Positions 48,994 to 59,126 of a stretch of DNA of 64,000 nt are shown piece after piece (the stretch's first letter is position 1; each line of letters opens with the position of its first letter). Below the pieces are notes generated by a model that worked only from the letters and a program-made list of their open reading frames with translations, made no database searches and had not been told where the DNA came from. This DNA is from Bacteroidales bacterium (GTDB taxonomy: Bacteria; Bacteroidota; Bacteroidia; Bacteroidales; UBA7960), in the NCBI GenBank assembly GCA_046261715.1, contig JBHEOF010000001.1, positions 29,690-93,689 on the forward strand. Direction: 5' to 3'. Position numbers and translations under genes: made by a program.

Positions 48994-49875
48994 ATGCAAA
49001 TTGCATTATTTGGGAGAAAATTTGACCGGGAGTTTCTTCCTGTAATTGAGAGAATGATCCAACTTCTCGAAGCAAAGGTCAATAAATTTTTTATACACAA
49101 ACGCTTTTATGATTTTTTGAAGGAGCAGGTATCCTTTCAAAAACCTGTAGATGTATTCACTGATTATACACAGATTCCCGATGATTGTTTTTGCTTGATT
49201 AGTGTTGGGGGCGACGGCACCTTACTTGACACACTTCCTTATATAAGAAGTTCGGAAATTCCTGTATTGGGTATCAATACCGGTCGACTGGGATTCTTAT
49301 CGGCTGTTTCATCTGATGAAATGGAAGAATCTGTTGATGCACTTCTTTCAGGACGTTTCAGGATTGACCGCCGATCATTACTGATGCTTGACAGCGGGCA
49401 GGAAAAACTTTTTGAAAACTTTCCTTACGCTCTGAACGAGTTTACCGTTCTTAAGCGCGATAATACAACAATGATTTCTATAAGTGCTTATGTTGATGGC
49501 AGTTACCTTAACACATACTGGGCTGATGGTTTAATGGTAGCTACTCCTACGGGATCAACAGGATATTCATTAAGCTGTGGGGGACCTATTATATCACCTG
49601 ATTCGGAAAATTTTATCATCACTCCCATTGCATCACATAATCTTACAGTACGCCCCATCGTTATAAAGGACGAATCCATAGTTAAACTAAGAGTTGAAGG
49701 AAGAATAAAAAGTCATCTGCTTCTTATGGATTCAAGATCCATTCCCCTGGAGAATCCTGTGGATCTGTATATTAAAAAAGCTGATTTCAGTATAAATTTA
49801 ATTTGTATTGAGCACAACGACTTTTTTAAGACCATAAGGAATAAGCTGGCATGGGGCTTTGATAAAAGAAACTAA
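48994..49875 (+). CDS. nadK: NAD kinase
   Basis: 293 aa with GGDGTLL, the NE block and ATPTGSTGYSLS.GGP motifs. Confidence 0.92.
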   Translation: MQIALFGRKFDREFLPVIERMIQLLEAKVNKFFIHKRFYDFLKEQVSFQKPVDVFTDYTQIPDDCFCLISVGGDGTLLDTLPYIRSSEIPVLGINTGRLGFLSAVSSDEMEESVDALLSGRFRIDRRSLLMLDSGQEKLFENFPYALNEFTVLKRDNTTMISISAYVDGSYLNTYWADGLMVATPTGSTGYSLSCGGPIISPDSENFIITPIASHNLTVRPIVIKDESIVKLRVEGRIKSHLLLMDSRSIPLENPVDLYIKKADFSINLICIEHNDFFKTIRNKLAWGFDKRN

Positions 49876-50032
49876 GACCAGGCTATTACATTGATATACA
49901 TAAGAGCAGCTAATTTTTTTTAATTATTTTTGTCGTTCAAAAAAAATACTTTTACAATATAAGCCAGTGAATTGCAATTGGAATCGCTGGAAAGCATTAA
50001 ACACCAGACTAAAATTAGATGATTATTTTCTG

Positions 50033-51007
50033 ATGAAACATATTCTTACTATCATTCTACTCACATTCATTTTTATTGCTCAGGTATTTCCCCAAAGGCA
50101 AGCCTGGCAGCGCAATCGTCATCATGCTGCGCTGGGACTTGGAGCTGCAGGTTTTATGGGTGATCTTGGCGGAGCTGACAAAACTGGAACGCAAGGTCTC
50201 AGAGATTTTGATTTTGCTGCCGTAAGACCATCACTGATGATTGGGTACCGATATTTATTGCTTGAAAACCTTGCTGTTTCAACCCATTTAACTTTTGCAT
50301 ATGTTGCAGGTGATGATAAAAACACAAATGAGTTACATCGTAACAACCGGAATATTAATTTCCGCTCGCCTGTAATTGAATTCGCACCCAAGTTGCAATA
50401 TTATTTTATTTCCTATGAGAGGGTTGGAGCTCGCCACGGAAGGGCAACAGGAATAAGGGTAAGAAGACAAATGGATATTTCTGCGTATATCTTTACCGGA
50501 GTTGCCGGATTTTATTTTAATCCACAGGGATATTTTGATGCAGAAAATTATTCGGGAACTATACCTGCTGATGAATTGCCATCAAATGGCTGGTATAACC
50601 TAAGGCCACTTTCTACCGAAGGGCAGGGCTATTTCCCAACCCGTAGGAATTACTCTTCATTTTCTCTTGCCATACCTTTTGGAATAGGTGGGTTATTGCA
50701 TATAAACAGAGACATGTCTGTAGGCGTTGAATTTGGATTCCGAACAACTTTTACCGATTACATTGATGATGTAAGTACCACATATGTTAACCCGGCTATT
50801 TACCAGGAAATATTCTCTGATCCCGGGCAAGTAGCATTGGCTGAATATTTTGCCAATCCAACCATTAACACCCTGGATGCAAGTACTACGGCGCCAGGGC
50901 AGCAAAGGGGAAGTCCGTTCAATACTGACGCCTATATGTTTACAATGTTTACTTTTTACTACAGAATTCCTAACCTTACCAGACCATCCAGGGTTTGGGG
51001 AAATTAA
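50033..51007 (+). CDS. DUF6089-like outer-membrane beta-barrel protein (paralog 1)
   Basis: Start chosen at MKHILTIILLTFIFIAQVFPQ (ATG 50033). Shares LGLGAAGFMGDLGG, LHRNNRNINFRS, LSTEGQG and DYIDDVSTTY blocks with the next gene. Confidence 0.7.
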   Translation: MKHILTIILLTFIFIAQVFPQRQAWQRNRHHAALGLGAAGFMGDLGGADKTGTQGLRDFDFAAVRPSLMIGYRYLLLENLAVSTHLTFAYVAGDDKNTNELHRNNRNINFRSPVIEFAPKLQYYFISYERVGARHGRATGIRVRRQMDISAYIFTGVAGFYFNPQGYFDAENYSGTIPADELPSNGWYNLRPLSTEGQGYFPTRRNYSSFSLAIPFGIGGLLHINRDMSVGVEFGFRTTFTDYIDDVSTTYVNPAIYQEIFSDPGQVALAEYFANPTINTLDASTTAPGQQRGSPFNTDAYMFTMFTFYYRIPNLTRPSRVWGN

Positions 51008-51134
51008 ATTTTTCAATCCGTATAATTTGCTATTTGTATAATATTTTCAACCGGTTTTTCGTTTTCTTAATCAATTTCAATAAAGACTGCGATAACCAAT
51101 TTTAAAAAGCAGGTAATCAGCTACAAACACTGTC

Positions 51135-51986
51135 ATGTTAAAAAACCACAAGCTATTCTTCAAGCCAGTTGCTTTGATCAGAGTTATTTTTATTACTTTT
51201 CTTACCATTTTTTGCTACTCCGGGGTAAATGCCCAAAGAAACGAAATAGGCTTTATGTTTGGCGGCACATATTATATGGGCGATCTTAATCCTGAAATTC
51301 CTTTTGTAATGAACCGGATCGGTGGTGGTGCATTATACAGGTTTAACATCAACAAACATATTGCTTTGAGAGCTAATTTTTTATATGGTAGTGTTGAAGG
51401 TGATGATGTTGCCACAAACTACAATGAGACCCGGAACCTACATTTTCGATCAACTATTACAGAATTTTCTGTGCAGGGCGAAGTGAACTTCCTGCCCTTT
51501 GAACCCGGTGATTTGGAAACACCCTATTCTACTTATATTTTTGGTGGCGGCGGCCTTTTTCTTTTTAACCCAAGGGCTGAGCTGAATGGCAGTTGGTACG
51601 ATCTTAAACCATTGGCAACCGAAGGGCAGGGCTCTGATCTGTATCCCGAGCGAAAACCTTATTCATTAACTTCATACAACTTTCTTTTTGGAGTTGGGTT
51701 AAAATTTAATATTACGAAGCAGATCACTGGTGCTTTTGAATGGGGTATGCGACGCACAGGAACCGACTACCTCGATGATGTCAGCACAACATACCCCGAT
51801 CCTTCTGTTTTTGGAGGTAATGACCTGGCAATTCAACTGCACGACCGCAGCCTTGAAAACCGGGGTGAAAACGCCGGTTTTCAAAGGGGAAATCCCAATG
51901 TAAAGGACTGGTATTCCTTCGCCGGGTTAATTCTTACTTTCAGGATAAAAAACTTCAGCAGAGAAATATGCCCGGCTTACAATTAA
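51135..51986 (+). CDS. DUF6089-like outer-membrane beta-barrel protein (paralog 2)
   Basis: 283 aa with FMFGGTYYMGDLNP, RNLHFRSTITE, LATEGQG and DYLDDVSTTY. It is clearly paralogous to the preceding gene. Confidence 0.7.
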   Translation: MLKNHKLFFKPVALIRVIFITFLTIFCYSGVNAQRNEIGFMFGGTYYMGDLNPEIPFVMNRIGGGALYRFNINKHIALRANFLYGSVEGDDVATNYNETRNLHFRSTITEFSVQGEVNFLPFEPGDLETPYSTYIFGGGGLFLFNPRAELNGSWYDLKPLATEGQGSDLYPERKPYSLTSYNFLFGVGLKFNITKQITGAFEWGMRRTGTDYLDDVSTTYPDPSVFGGNDLAIQLHDRSLENRGENAGFQRGNPNVKDWYSFAGLILTFRIKNFSREICPAYN

Positions 51987-52079
51987 TTTTTCATAATCTT
52001 TGGGCTTTTTCTTTTATTTGTTAAAACAAATTAAGAAATTTGTGCCTATTTTTTCGCAGCAGTAATTGATCTGTTCAGA

Positions 52080-52805
52080 ATGGATTTTAAACAAAACATC
52101 AACAAAAATAAACTTCCCAAACATATAGCTGTCATAATGGACGGCAACGGCCGTTGGGCCAGGCAAAGAGGGAAAGAAAGGATTTTCGGACATGAAAGTG
52201 GTGTTCAGGCAGTAAGGGAAACTGTTGAAGCTGCCGGTGAAGTGGGTGTTAAATACCTTACTTTTTATGCCTTTTCCACTGAAAACTGGTGTCGCCCGAA
52301 AAAGGAGATAGATACTCTTATGGAATTGCTGGTAAAAGCCATTCATAATGAAACCCCCGAGTTGATGGAAAAAGGTGTGAGACTCGCCACCATTGGCGAT
52401 GTGGATTCATTACCCGAAGCCTGCAGAAAAGAATTGTTTGATGCTATTGATAAAACCAAAAATAATACCCGTTTAACTCTTACTGTTGCAATAAGTTACA
52501 GCTCGCACTGGGAAATTATTAGTGCGGTAAAAAATATTGCCATACAGGTAAAGGAAAACAAAATTAACCCGGAAGATATTGATAAAAAGCTTTTTCAGTC
52601 ATTTCTGCAAACACATGACATGCCAGATCCTGATCTTTTAATCAGAACCAGCGGGGAACTGCGCATAAGTAATTTCCTGCTCTGGCAAATTGCTTATAGT
52701 GAGTTATATTTCACACCCGTTTTGTGGCCCGATTTCAGGAAAAAACATCTGTACCAGGCAATTCTTGATTATCAGCGAAGAGAACGAAGATTTGGAAAAA
52801 CCTGA
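52080..52805 (+). CDS. uppS: undecaprenyl-diphosphate synthase (isoprenyl transferase)
   Basis: 241 aa with HIAVIMDGNGRWA, YAFSTENW and RTSGE.RISNFLLWQ.AYSE. Confidence 0.93.
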   Translation: MDFKQNINKNKLPKHIAVIMDGNGRWARQRGKERIFGHESGVQAVRETVEAAGEVGVKYLTFYAFSTENWCRPKKEIDTLMELLVKAIHNETPELMEKGVRLATIGDVDSLPEACRKELFDAIDKTKNNTRLTLTVAISYSSHWEIISAVKNIAIQVKENKINPEDIDKKLFQSFLQTHDMPDPDLLIRTSGELRISNFLLWQIAYSELYFTPVLWPDFRKKHLYQAILDYQRRERRFGKT

Positions 52806-52887
52806 TATCATTGCACAAGATTTTCAGAACTAAAGAGTTTATATTATTACACATAGAAAAAACATATCTCAAAAACATAACCCGATA

Positions 52888-55401
52888 ATGACAAAATCTT
52901 TTTTTACATCTCTATTGCTACTATTCATGTTTTTCCTGCCTTTTACGGGGAAAACACAAACAGTACTTACCGGTGATCAGATAAATATTGATTATAATAG
53001 CCCCAGGGAATATACCATCGGTGGAATTTCTGTATCCGGAGTTGATTACATGGATCATAACATTATTGTTATGGTAAGTCAGCTAAATATTGGAGATAAA
53101 ATTCTGGTGCCCGGCGAGGATATTGCCCGGGCCATTGATAATATCTGGAAGCAAGGTCTTTTTACTGATGTGGCTATTGGAGTTACATCTATACAGGATG
53201 ATTTGATTTTTCTGGACATAGAACTGAAAGAACGACCCCGGTTAACGCGTTTTGAATTTCAGGGTGCACGAAAATCAGATGAAACCAAGATCACCGAAGA
53301 TCTTAATCTGGTAAGAGGCGATGTGGTTACTGAAAATGTACTTTACAGAGCAAAATCAATCATTGAAGAATATTACATTGAAAAAGGATTTCTTAAACCG
53401 GAAGTAAACATCAGGCAATTAACCGATACCACCCGCACCAATAGCATAATACTTGAATTTGATATTGACCGCGGTGAAAGAACCCGCATCAGTGAAGTAC
53501 TTGTTCACGGCAATGAAGTACTCAACGACAGGCAAATAAAAAGGCTCATGAAAAATACCCGTGAAAGAAGCCTTCGATTCATTTTTAACTCATCCAAACT
53601 GGTTGAAGAAGAATTCAGGGAAGACAAGCAAAAAATTATTGACAGGTATAATGAACTGGGAAAAAGAGATGCCTTAATTTTAAGAGATACTTTTTACTTT
53701 GTTGAGGAAGATCGCATTAAACTGGAATTGTTCATTGATGAAGGGCCAACGTACTATTTCCGGAATATCAACTGGGTAGGTAACACAGTTTATCCTGATG
53801 AAGTGCTTACCGAAGTTCTTGACATTCGTTCAGGAGACATATATAATCAAAAGCTTCTTGAAACCAACCTTTATATGAACATGGAAGGTTTTGATGTAAG
53901 TTCATTATACCTTGATGACGGCTATCTTTTCTTCAATATCACGCCCACGGAAGTAAATGTAAGCAACGACTCTATTGACCTGGAACTGAGAATTTATGAA
54001 GGTCAGCAGGCCGAAATTGCCAGGGTAACGGTAAGCGGAAATTCAAAAACCAATGATCATGTCATTTTGCGTGAAGTAAGAACCCGCCCTGGTATGCTCT
54101 TCAGCCGCAGTGAAATCATCAGAAGTCAGCGCGATATCGTGCAGTTGGGATATTTCGACCAGGAAAAGATCGATATTATTCCCACCCCGAATGCTGCTGA
54201 CGGAACCGTTGATCTGGAATACGTTGTAGAGGAAACTTCATCTGACCAGATTGAACTTTCAGGTGGTTGGGGAGCCAATCAGATTATTGGTACATTGGGG
54301 CTTTCGTTCAACAACTTCTCAACAAAGAATTTTTTCAAAAAAGAGGCATGGAGGCCACTGCCTTCAGGTGACGGACAAAAACTTACACTCAGGGGCCAGA
54401 CTTACGGAAGAGGATATGTTTCTTACAGCATGTCGTTTATGGAACCCTGGCTGGGTGGAAAAAAACCCAATGCTTTCAGCGTTTCGGTTTATCAGACCAC
54501 ACACCGTAACCGTTTCCCAAAAAGCAGTGAGGATTATGGTTACTACAGTATTTTGGGTACGTCCGTTGGTCTTGCACAACGTCTTCGTGTGCCCGATGAC
54601 TTTTTCTTCCTAAGGCAAACGATAGGATACCAGAGATATGAAGTACTCAACAGCCCTATCCGTTTTATTATTGACGAAGGTAAAGCCAATAACTTCAGTT
54701 ACGGTATTGAGTTTGGAAGGAATTCTGTGGATGCGCCGCTTTATCCCAGAGGTGGATCGGAAGTTTCCCTAGGTTTGCAAATTACTCCACCCTACTCTCT
54801 CTTTAACGATAAGGACTACTCACAAATGCCGGACCAGGAAAAATACAGATGGCTGGAATATCACAAATGGAAATTCAATACATCCTGGTATACTTCATTG
54901 ATTGGAGACCTTGTATTTAGTGCACGCACCCGGATGGGTTTCCTGGGGTACTTTAATCCTGACATAGGTGTTTCACCCTTTGAAAGATTTTACCTTGGTG
55001 GTGACGGGCTCTCAGGTTGGGCGATTGACGGAAGGGAAATCATTGCCATGAGAGGGTATGAGAACTACGCACTTACACCGCAGGATCCCACAGGTGTTCA
55101 GGATTTTATTGGCGGAAATGTATATAATAAATTTACGGCTGAACTCCGGTATCCGGTTTCCCTCAATCCTATGGCAACCATTTATGGCCTGGTATTTGCT
55201 GAAGCAGGTAATGCATGGGGAAGATTCAGAGACTTTAACCCATTCCAGTTGCATCGCTCGGCCGGTTTTGGCGTAAGGATATTCCTGCCGATGTTTGGAT
55301 TGCTTGGCCTCGACTGGGGTTATGGTTTCGACGAAATTCCCGGACGTCCAGGTGATGCCGGAGGAAGATTCCACTTCAGCATCGGACAGTCAATTGATTA
55401 G
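52888..55401 (+). CDS. bamA: outer-membrane protein assembly factor BamA
   Basis: 837 aa with signal peptide. Five POTRA-like repeats are followed by an Omp85 barrel, with the terminal motif GRFHFSIGQSID. It sits in the conserved uppS-bamA-skp context. Confidence 0.93.
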   Translation: MTKSFFTSLLLLFMFFLPFTGKTQTVLTGDQINIDYNSPREYTIGGISVSGVDYMDHNIIVMVSQLNIGDKILVPGEDIARAIDNIWKQGLFTDVAIGVTSIQDDLIFLDIELKERPRLTRFEFQGARKSDETKITEDLNLVRGDVVTENVLYRAKSIIEEYYIEKGFLKPEVNIRQLTDTTRTNSIILEFDIDRGERTRISEVLVHGNEVLNDRQIKRLMKNTRERSLRFIFNSSKLVEEEFREDKQKIIDRYNELGKRDALILRDTFYFVEEDRIKLELFIDEGPTYYFRNINWVGNTVYPDEVLTEVLDIRSGDIYNQKLLETNLYMNMEGFDVSSLYLDDGYLFFNITPTEVNVSNDSIDLELRIYEGQQAEIARVTVSGNSKTNDHVILREVRTRPGMLFSRSEIIRSQRDIVQLGYFDQEKIDIIPTPNAADGTVDLEYVVEETSSDQIELSGGWGANQIIGTLGLSFNNFSTKNFFKKEAWRPLPSGDGQKLTLRGQTYGRGYVSYSMSFMEPWLGGKKPNAFSVSVYQTTHRNRFPKSSEDYGYYSILGTSVGLAQRLRVPDDFFFLRQTIGYQRYEVLNSPIRFIIDEGKANNFSYGIEFGRNSVDAPLYPRGGSEVSLGLQITPPYSLFNDKDYSQMPDQEKYRWLEYHKWKFNTSWYTSLIGDLVFSARTRMGFLGYFNPDIGVSPFERFYLGGDGLSGWAIDGREIIAMRGYENYALTPQDPTGVQDFIGGNVYNKFTAELRYPVSLNPMATIYGLVFAEAGNAWGRFRDFNPFQLHRSAGFGVRIFLPMFGLLGLDWGYGFDEIPGRPGDAGGRFHFSIGQSID

Positions 55402-55404
55402 GAA

Positions 55405-55465
55405 AGGTTGAGATTAAGGTTAAGGTTAAGATTGAGGTTGAGAAGTTTAGATGTTTAGGGTTTTA
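55405..55465 (+). repeat. hexamer array (AGRTTR)x6 plus a GTTTAG-type tail, C-free, starting 3 nt after the bamA stop
   Basis: Read directly: AGGTTG AGATTA AGGTTA AGGTTA AGATTG AGGTTG AGAAGT TTAGATGTTTAGGGTTTTA. There is no C from 55392 to 55465. Confidence 0.85.
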
Positions 55466-55489
55466 CTTACTTTCCTATTTTCTCACTCT

Positions 55490-55545
55490 CTTAATTACTT
55501 AGTAACCCAATAACCCAATAACTTAGTAACCCAATAACGAAATAA
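55490..55545 (+). repeat. octamer array (CCCAATAA / CTTAGTAA)x7, G-poor
   Basis: Read directly: CTTAATTA CTTAGTAA CCCAATAA CCCAATAA CTTAGTAA CCCAATAA CGAAATAA. It ends 21 nt before the skp start codon. Confidence 0.85.
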
Positions 55546-55566
55546 AAAATACCGGAGGAAATAACT

Positions 55567-56082
55567 ATGAAAAAAACAGCATTTATTACAGCCATTGCGT
55601 TGTTCACAACCTTGTCAGTATTCGGACAGAGATTTGCCTATATCGATTCTGATTATATTCTGGAAAACATTCCTGAATACCAGGCTGCACAAATGCAGCT
55701 GAACGAGCTTTCGGTACAATGGCAAAATGAAATTGAAGCCAAATTTGGTGCGATTGATGAAATGTATCGCAAGTACCAGGCTGAATCAGTATTGCTGCCC
55801 GAAGAAATGAAACGCCAGCGTGAAGAAGAGATCATTGAAATGGAACGTGAAGCAAAAGAACTGCAAATGCAACGATTTGGCCGCGACGGTGATCTTTTTC
55901 AAAGACGCGAAGAACTGGTCAAGCCCTTACAGGATCAAATCTACGAAGCTGTTGAGCAAATAGCCACCCGCGGAAACTATGCCGTAATTTTTGATAAAGC
56001 AGGAGGCGGCAATATGATCTATTCTGATGTGCGTTACGACCTGAGCGATGAAGTGTTGCAGCAAATGGGGTACAGGAACTAG
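55567..56082 (+). CDS. OmpH/Skp-family periplasmic chaperone (the RFAYID-type paralog)
   Basis: 171 aa with signal peptide. Begins QRFAYIDSDYILENIPEY, has a coiled-coil arm, and ends NYAVIFDK. It lies downstream of bamA. Confidence 0.85.
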   Translation: MKKTAFITAIALFTTLSVFGQRFAYIDSDYILENIPEYQAAQMQLNELSVQWQNEIEAKFGAIDEMYRKYQAESVLLPEEMKRQREEEIIEMEREAKELQMQRFGRDGDLFQRREELVKPLQDQIYEAVEQIATRGNYAVIFDKAGGGNMIYSDVRYDLSDEVLQQMGYRN

Positions 56083-56086
56083 AGGG

Positions 56087-56134
56087 GTTGATGAGTTGAT
56101 GAGTTGATGAGTTTATAAGTTTAGAAGTTAGGGG
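56087..56134 (+). repeat. octamer array GTTGATGA x3 followed by GTTTATAA, GTTTAGAA and GTTAGGGG, C-free, starting 5 nt after the skp stop
   Basis: Read directly. There is no C from 56081 to 56134, and each unit carries TGA, TAA or TAG. Confidence 0.85.
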
Positions 56135-56225
56135 CTAATCGATAGCTTAGTCCCGATAGCGAAGGCGATTCGGGATTGAGGGTTGAGAGAAAAGATTCTT
56201 TTATGCTTCGAACATAAGATTTTTG

Positions 56226-56256
56226 AAAAGCTCCGGAAGTTCCGGGGCTTTTTTTA
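56226..56256. terminator. bidirectional intrinsic terminator between skp (+) and mutS (-)
   Basis: AAAA-GCTCCGGA-AGT-TCCGGGGC-T7. Confidence 0.7.
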
Positions 56257-56260
56257 TCCT

Positions 56261-58897
56261 TTATTTTTTCCCCAATAACCTTTTAATCTCGTTAAGCTTC
56301 ATAAGGGCTTCAACCGGGGTAAGGGTGTTGATATCCGTATTGAGGATATCTTCTTTTATTTGCTGCAATAAAGGATCATCAAGCTGAATAAAGCTTAGCT
56401 GGTAATCGCCGGCTACAGTTCCCGGTTTTTTCTTTCCCTTTGAAATATCTTTGCCGGTAATTTCATCGTGGCTATGGCTTTTTTCGAGCTGAGAAAGGAT
56501 ATCATTGGCCCGGTTGATCACATGCGAAGGCATACCGGCCATTTTGGCTACATGTATACCAAAACTGTGCTCGCTTCCCCCCGGAACAAGTTTTCTTAAA
56601 AAAATCACTGTGTTGTGCGTTTCCTTGACCGAAACATTGAAGTTTTTTATGCGCGGAAAAGATTCGGCCATTTCATTGAGTTCGTGGTAATGTGTGGCAA
56701 ACAGTGTTTTTGCCCTGAACAGCGGGTGTTCGTGCAAAAACTCAGCTATAGCCCAGGCTATGCTTATGCCATCGTAGGTGCTGGTACCCCGCCCGATTTC
56801 ATCCAGCAAAATCAAACTCCGGTTTGATATGTTGTTAAGAATGCTTGCTGTTTCATTCATTTCTACCATGAAAGTTGACTCACCCGATGATATATTATCA
56901 GATGCACCTACCCTGGTAAAAATCTTATCCACCCAGCCCAGCTCAGCTTTAACGGCAGGAACAAAGCTTCCCATCTGTGCCATCAGCACAATCAAAGCAG
57001 TTTGCCTGATCAAAGCCGATTTACCCGACATATTGGGGCCGGTGATCATGATGATCTGCTGCTTTTCATTGTCAAGAAAAAGATCATTGGCTATATACTC
57101 TTCGCCCGGGGGCAACTGCTGTTCAATAACCGGATGCCGGCCTTGTTTAATATTCAGCACAAAGGAATCATTGATTTCAGGTTTGTGGTAATTGTATTGC
57201 TTTGCCACATTAGCAAAACAGAGCAAACAATCGAGCCTGGCAATCACTGTTGCATTTAACTGAATGGGCTCAATATATTCCGAAAGTGCTGCGATGAGTT
57301 CCAGGAAGATCCTTTCTTCCTCCTTCAGGATTTTTTCCTCAGCACCCAGTATCTTCTCTTCATATTCTTTGAGCTCAGGTGTAATATACCTTTCTGAATT
57401 CACCAGTGTTTGTTTTCTTACCCAATCTTCGGGCACCTTATTCTTATGGGTGTTGGTTACTTCCAGGAAGTAGCCAAATACATTGTTGTAAGATATTTTG
57501 ATGTTGGGAATTCCGGTGCGTTCAATCTCGCGCTGACGGATCTGTGCAAGGTAGTCTTTCCCGGAGGTGGAGATGCTGCGCAGCTCATCGAGCACATCAC
57601 TTACCCCATCAGCAATTACATTTCCTTTGGTGATAATTGCTGAGGGCTCGGGCATAATCTCACGCGCTATTCTTTCACGAATCCTGGCACATGGATTCAA
57701 CTGATCGGCAAGGGATTTCAGCGACTCTGAATCATGCTCCATGCAAAGATCTTTAATGGGTTCTATGGCTGACAATGCACGGTGCACCTGCAGTATTTCA
57801 CGCGGATTGATCTTTCCTACCGCAACTTTGGATATGAGCCTTTCCAGGTCGCCAATATTTTTTATATGCTTGCCCAGTTCCTCTGCCAGATCCTGATCTT
57901 TCAGCAGCAATTCAACCACACGGTGCCTTTCCCGGATCGTAGCTTTATCTTTCAGCGGCAATACCACCCAGCGTTTGAGCATACGGCTTCCCATAGGTGA
58001 AAGGGTATGATCAAGAACCAGTATCAAACTGGTGGCATTTTCATTCATAGAATGCAGCAACTCAAGGTTGCGGATGGTAAACTTATCAAGCCACACATAG
58101 CGGCTTTCATCGATCCTGGAAATGCGTGTAATATGCTGCACCTTGTCGTGCCGTGTTTCAGCAAGATAATGCATGGCTGCCCCGGCAGCAATAATTCCAT
58201 TCTCAATTTCTTCTATCCCAAAACCTTTATACGAAACTGTACCAAAATGCCTTAACAGCAGATCATCGGCAAACTCACGGGTATACACCCAGTCTTCCAG
58301 GGTTGAAGTATAGTATTTTCCGGGAAAAGATTCATGAAGTTCGCGCAGGCGGTTTTTTTGCACTACGATCTCACTTGGTCGGAAGGTCTGGATAAGCTTA
58401 TCCACATACTCCCTGCTGCCCTGGTCGGTATAAAATTCGCCGGTGGAGACATCCAGAAATGCGATACCGTAAATGTTACCCTGTGTATGAATGCCGGCAA
58501 GAAAGTTATTTTCCTTGTGTTCAAGCACTTTGTCGCTGAAAGCTACGCCGGGTGTAACAAGTTCGGTAACACCCCTTTTTACGATCTTTTTTGTCATTTT
58601 GGGGTCTTCCAGCTGCTCGCAGATGGCAACTTTCTGCCCTGCTCTCACCAGTTTGGGAAGATACGTATCCAGGGCATGATATGGAAAACCGGCAAGCTCA
58701 ACGTACGACGCCGCTCCATTGGCCCTGCGCGTAAGCACAATACCCAGAATCTCGGAGGTTTTTACAGCATCCTGACCAAAAGTTTCATAAAAATCGCCCA
58801 CCCTGAAAAGCAATAGTGCATCAGGGTATTTCACCTTTACAGCGTAATACTGTTTCATCAAAGGAGTTTCAACCGCTTTGTCAGATGATTTTGCCAA
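56261..58897 (-). CDS. mutS: DNA mismatch repair protein MutS
   Basis: 878 aa. N-terminal [30 protein letters not shown], Walker [11 protein letters not shown] box [14 protein letters not shown] and the THYHEL block. Confidence 0.95.
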   Translation of the reverse strand: MAKSSDKAVETPLMKQYYAVKVKYPDALLLFRVGDFYETFGQDAVKTSEILGIVLTRRANGAASYVELAGFPYHALDTYLPKLVRAGQKVAICEQLEDPKMTKKIVKRGVTELVTPGVAFSDKVLEHKENNFLAGIHTQGNIYGIAFLDVSTGEFYTDQGSREYVDKLIQTFRPSEIVVQKNRLRELHESFPGKYYTSTLEDWVYTREFADDLLLRHFGTVSYKGFGIEEIENGIIAAGAAMHYLAETRHDKVQHITRISRIDESRYVWLDKFTIRNLELLHSMNENATSLILVLDHTLSPMGSRMLKRWVVLPLKDKATIRERHRVVELLLKDQDLAEELGKHIKNIGDLERLISKVAVGKINPREILQVHRALSAIEPIKDLCMEHDSESLKSLADQLNPCARIRERIAREIMPEPSAIITKGNVIADGVSDVLDELRSISTSGKDYLAQIRQREIERTGIPNIKISYNNVFGYFLEVTNTHKNKVPEDWVRKQTLVNSERYITPELKEYEEKILGAEEKILKEEERIFLELIAALSEYIEPIQLNATVIARLDCLLCFANVAKQYNYHKPEINDSFVLNIKQGRHPVIEQQLPPGEEYIANDLFLDNEKQQIIMITGPNMSGKSALIRQTALIVLMAQMGSFVPAVKAELGWVDKIFTRVGASDNISSGESTFMVEMNETASILNNISNRSLILLDEIGRGTSTYDGISIAWAIAEFLHEHPLFRAKTLFATHYHELNEMAESFPRIKNFNVSVKETHNTVIFLRKLVPGGSEHSFGIHVAKMAGMPSHVINRANDILSQLEKSHSHDEITGKDISKGKKKPGTVAGDYQLSFIQLDDPLLQQIKEDILNTDINTLTPVEALMKLNEIKRLLGKK

Positions 58898-59126
58898 TGA
58901 TTTGTTTTTTTAATTGGCAAACCTACGCATTTTTTTCCTTTTTTCAGAAGGGATTTATAGCTGCGGTTTCTGGGTCACTTAATACTTTTTTCTCTCCGTA
59001 AACTGCTGCTTGTAAATGTTTAATAAAGTTAAACTTCTTGATAATCTATATGTTAATTTGGCCGTTTACCTGTGATTCCTTAAATTTGACACTCAAATAA
59101 ATTTTTTAAACAAAAAAGACATTATT

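Noticed and set aside
55402-55458. Possible TAG read-through or stop-codon reassignment giving BamA a C-terminal (Arg-Leu)6 extension.
   Set aside because: Other genes in the window also end in TAG (gatD, skp, era). Their in-frame continuations hit further stops within 2-10 codons and make no sense as protein. An A/G-only variation in a hexamer is equally explained by simple transitions in a repeat. It is kept as a curiosity inside the bamA-skp spacer finding, not as a recoding claim.
55405-56134. Whether the short tandem arrays are CRISPR arrays.
   Set aside because: The periods are 6-8 nt with no spacers and no cas genes, so these are not CRISPR arrays.
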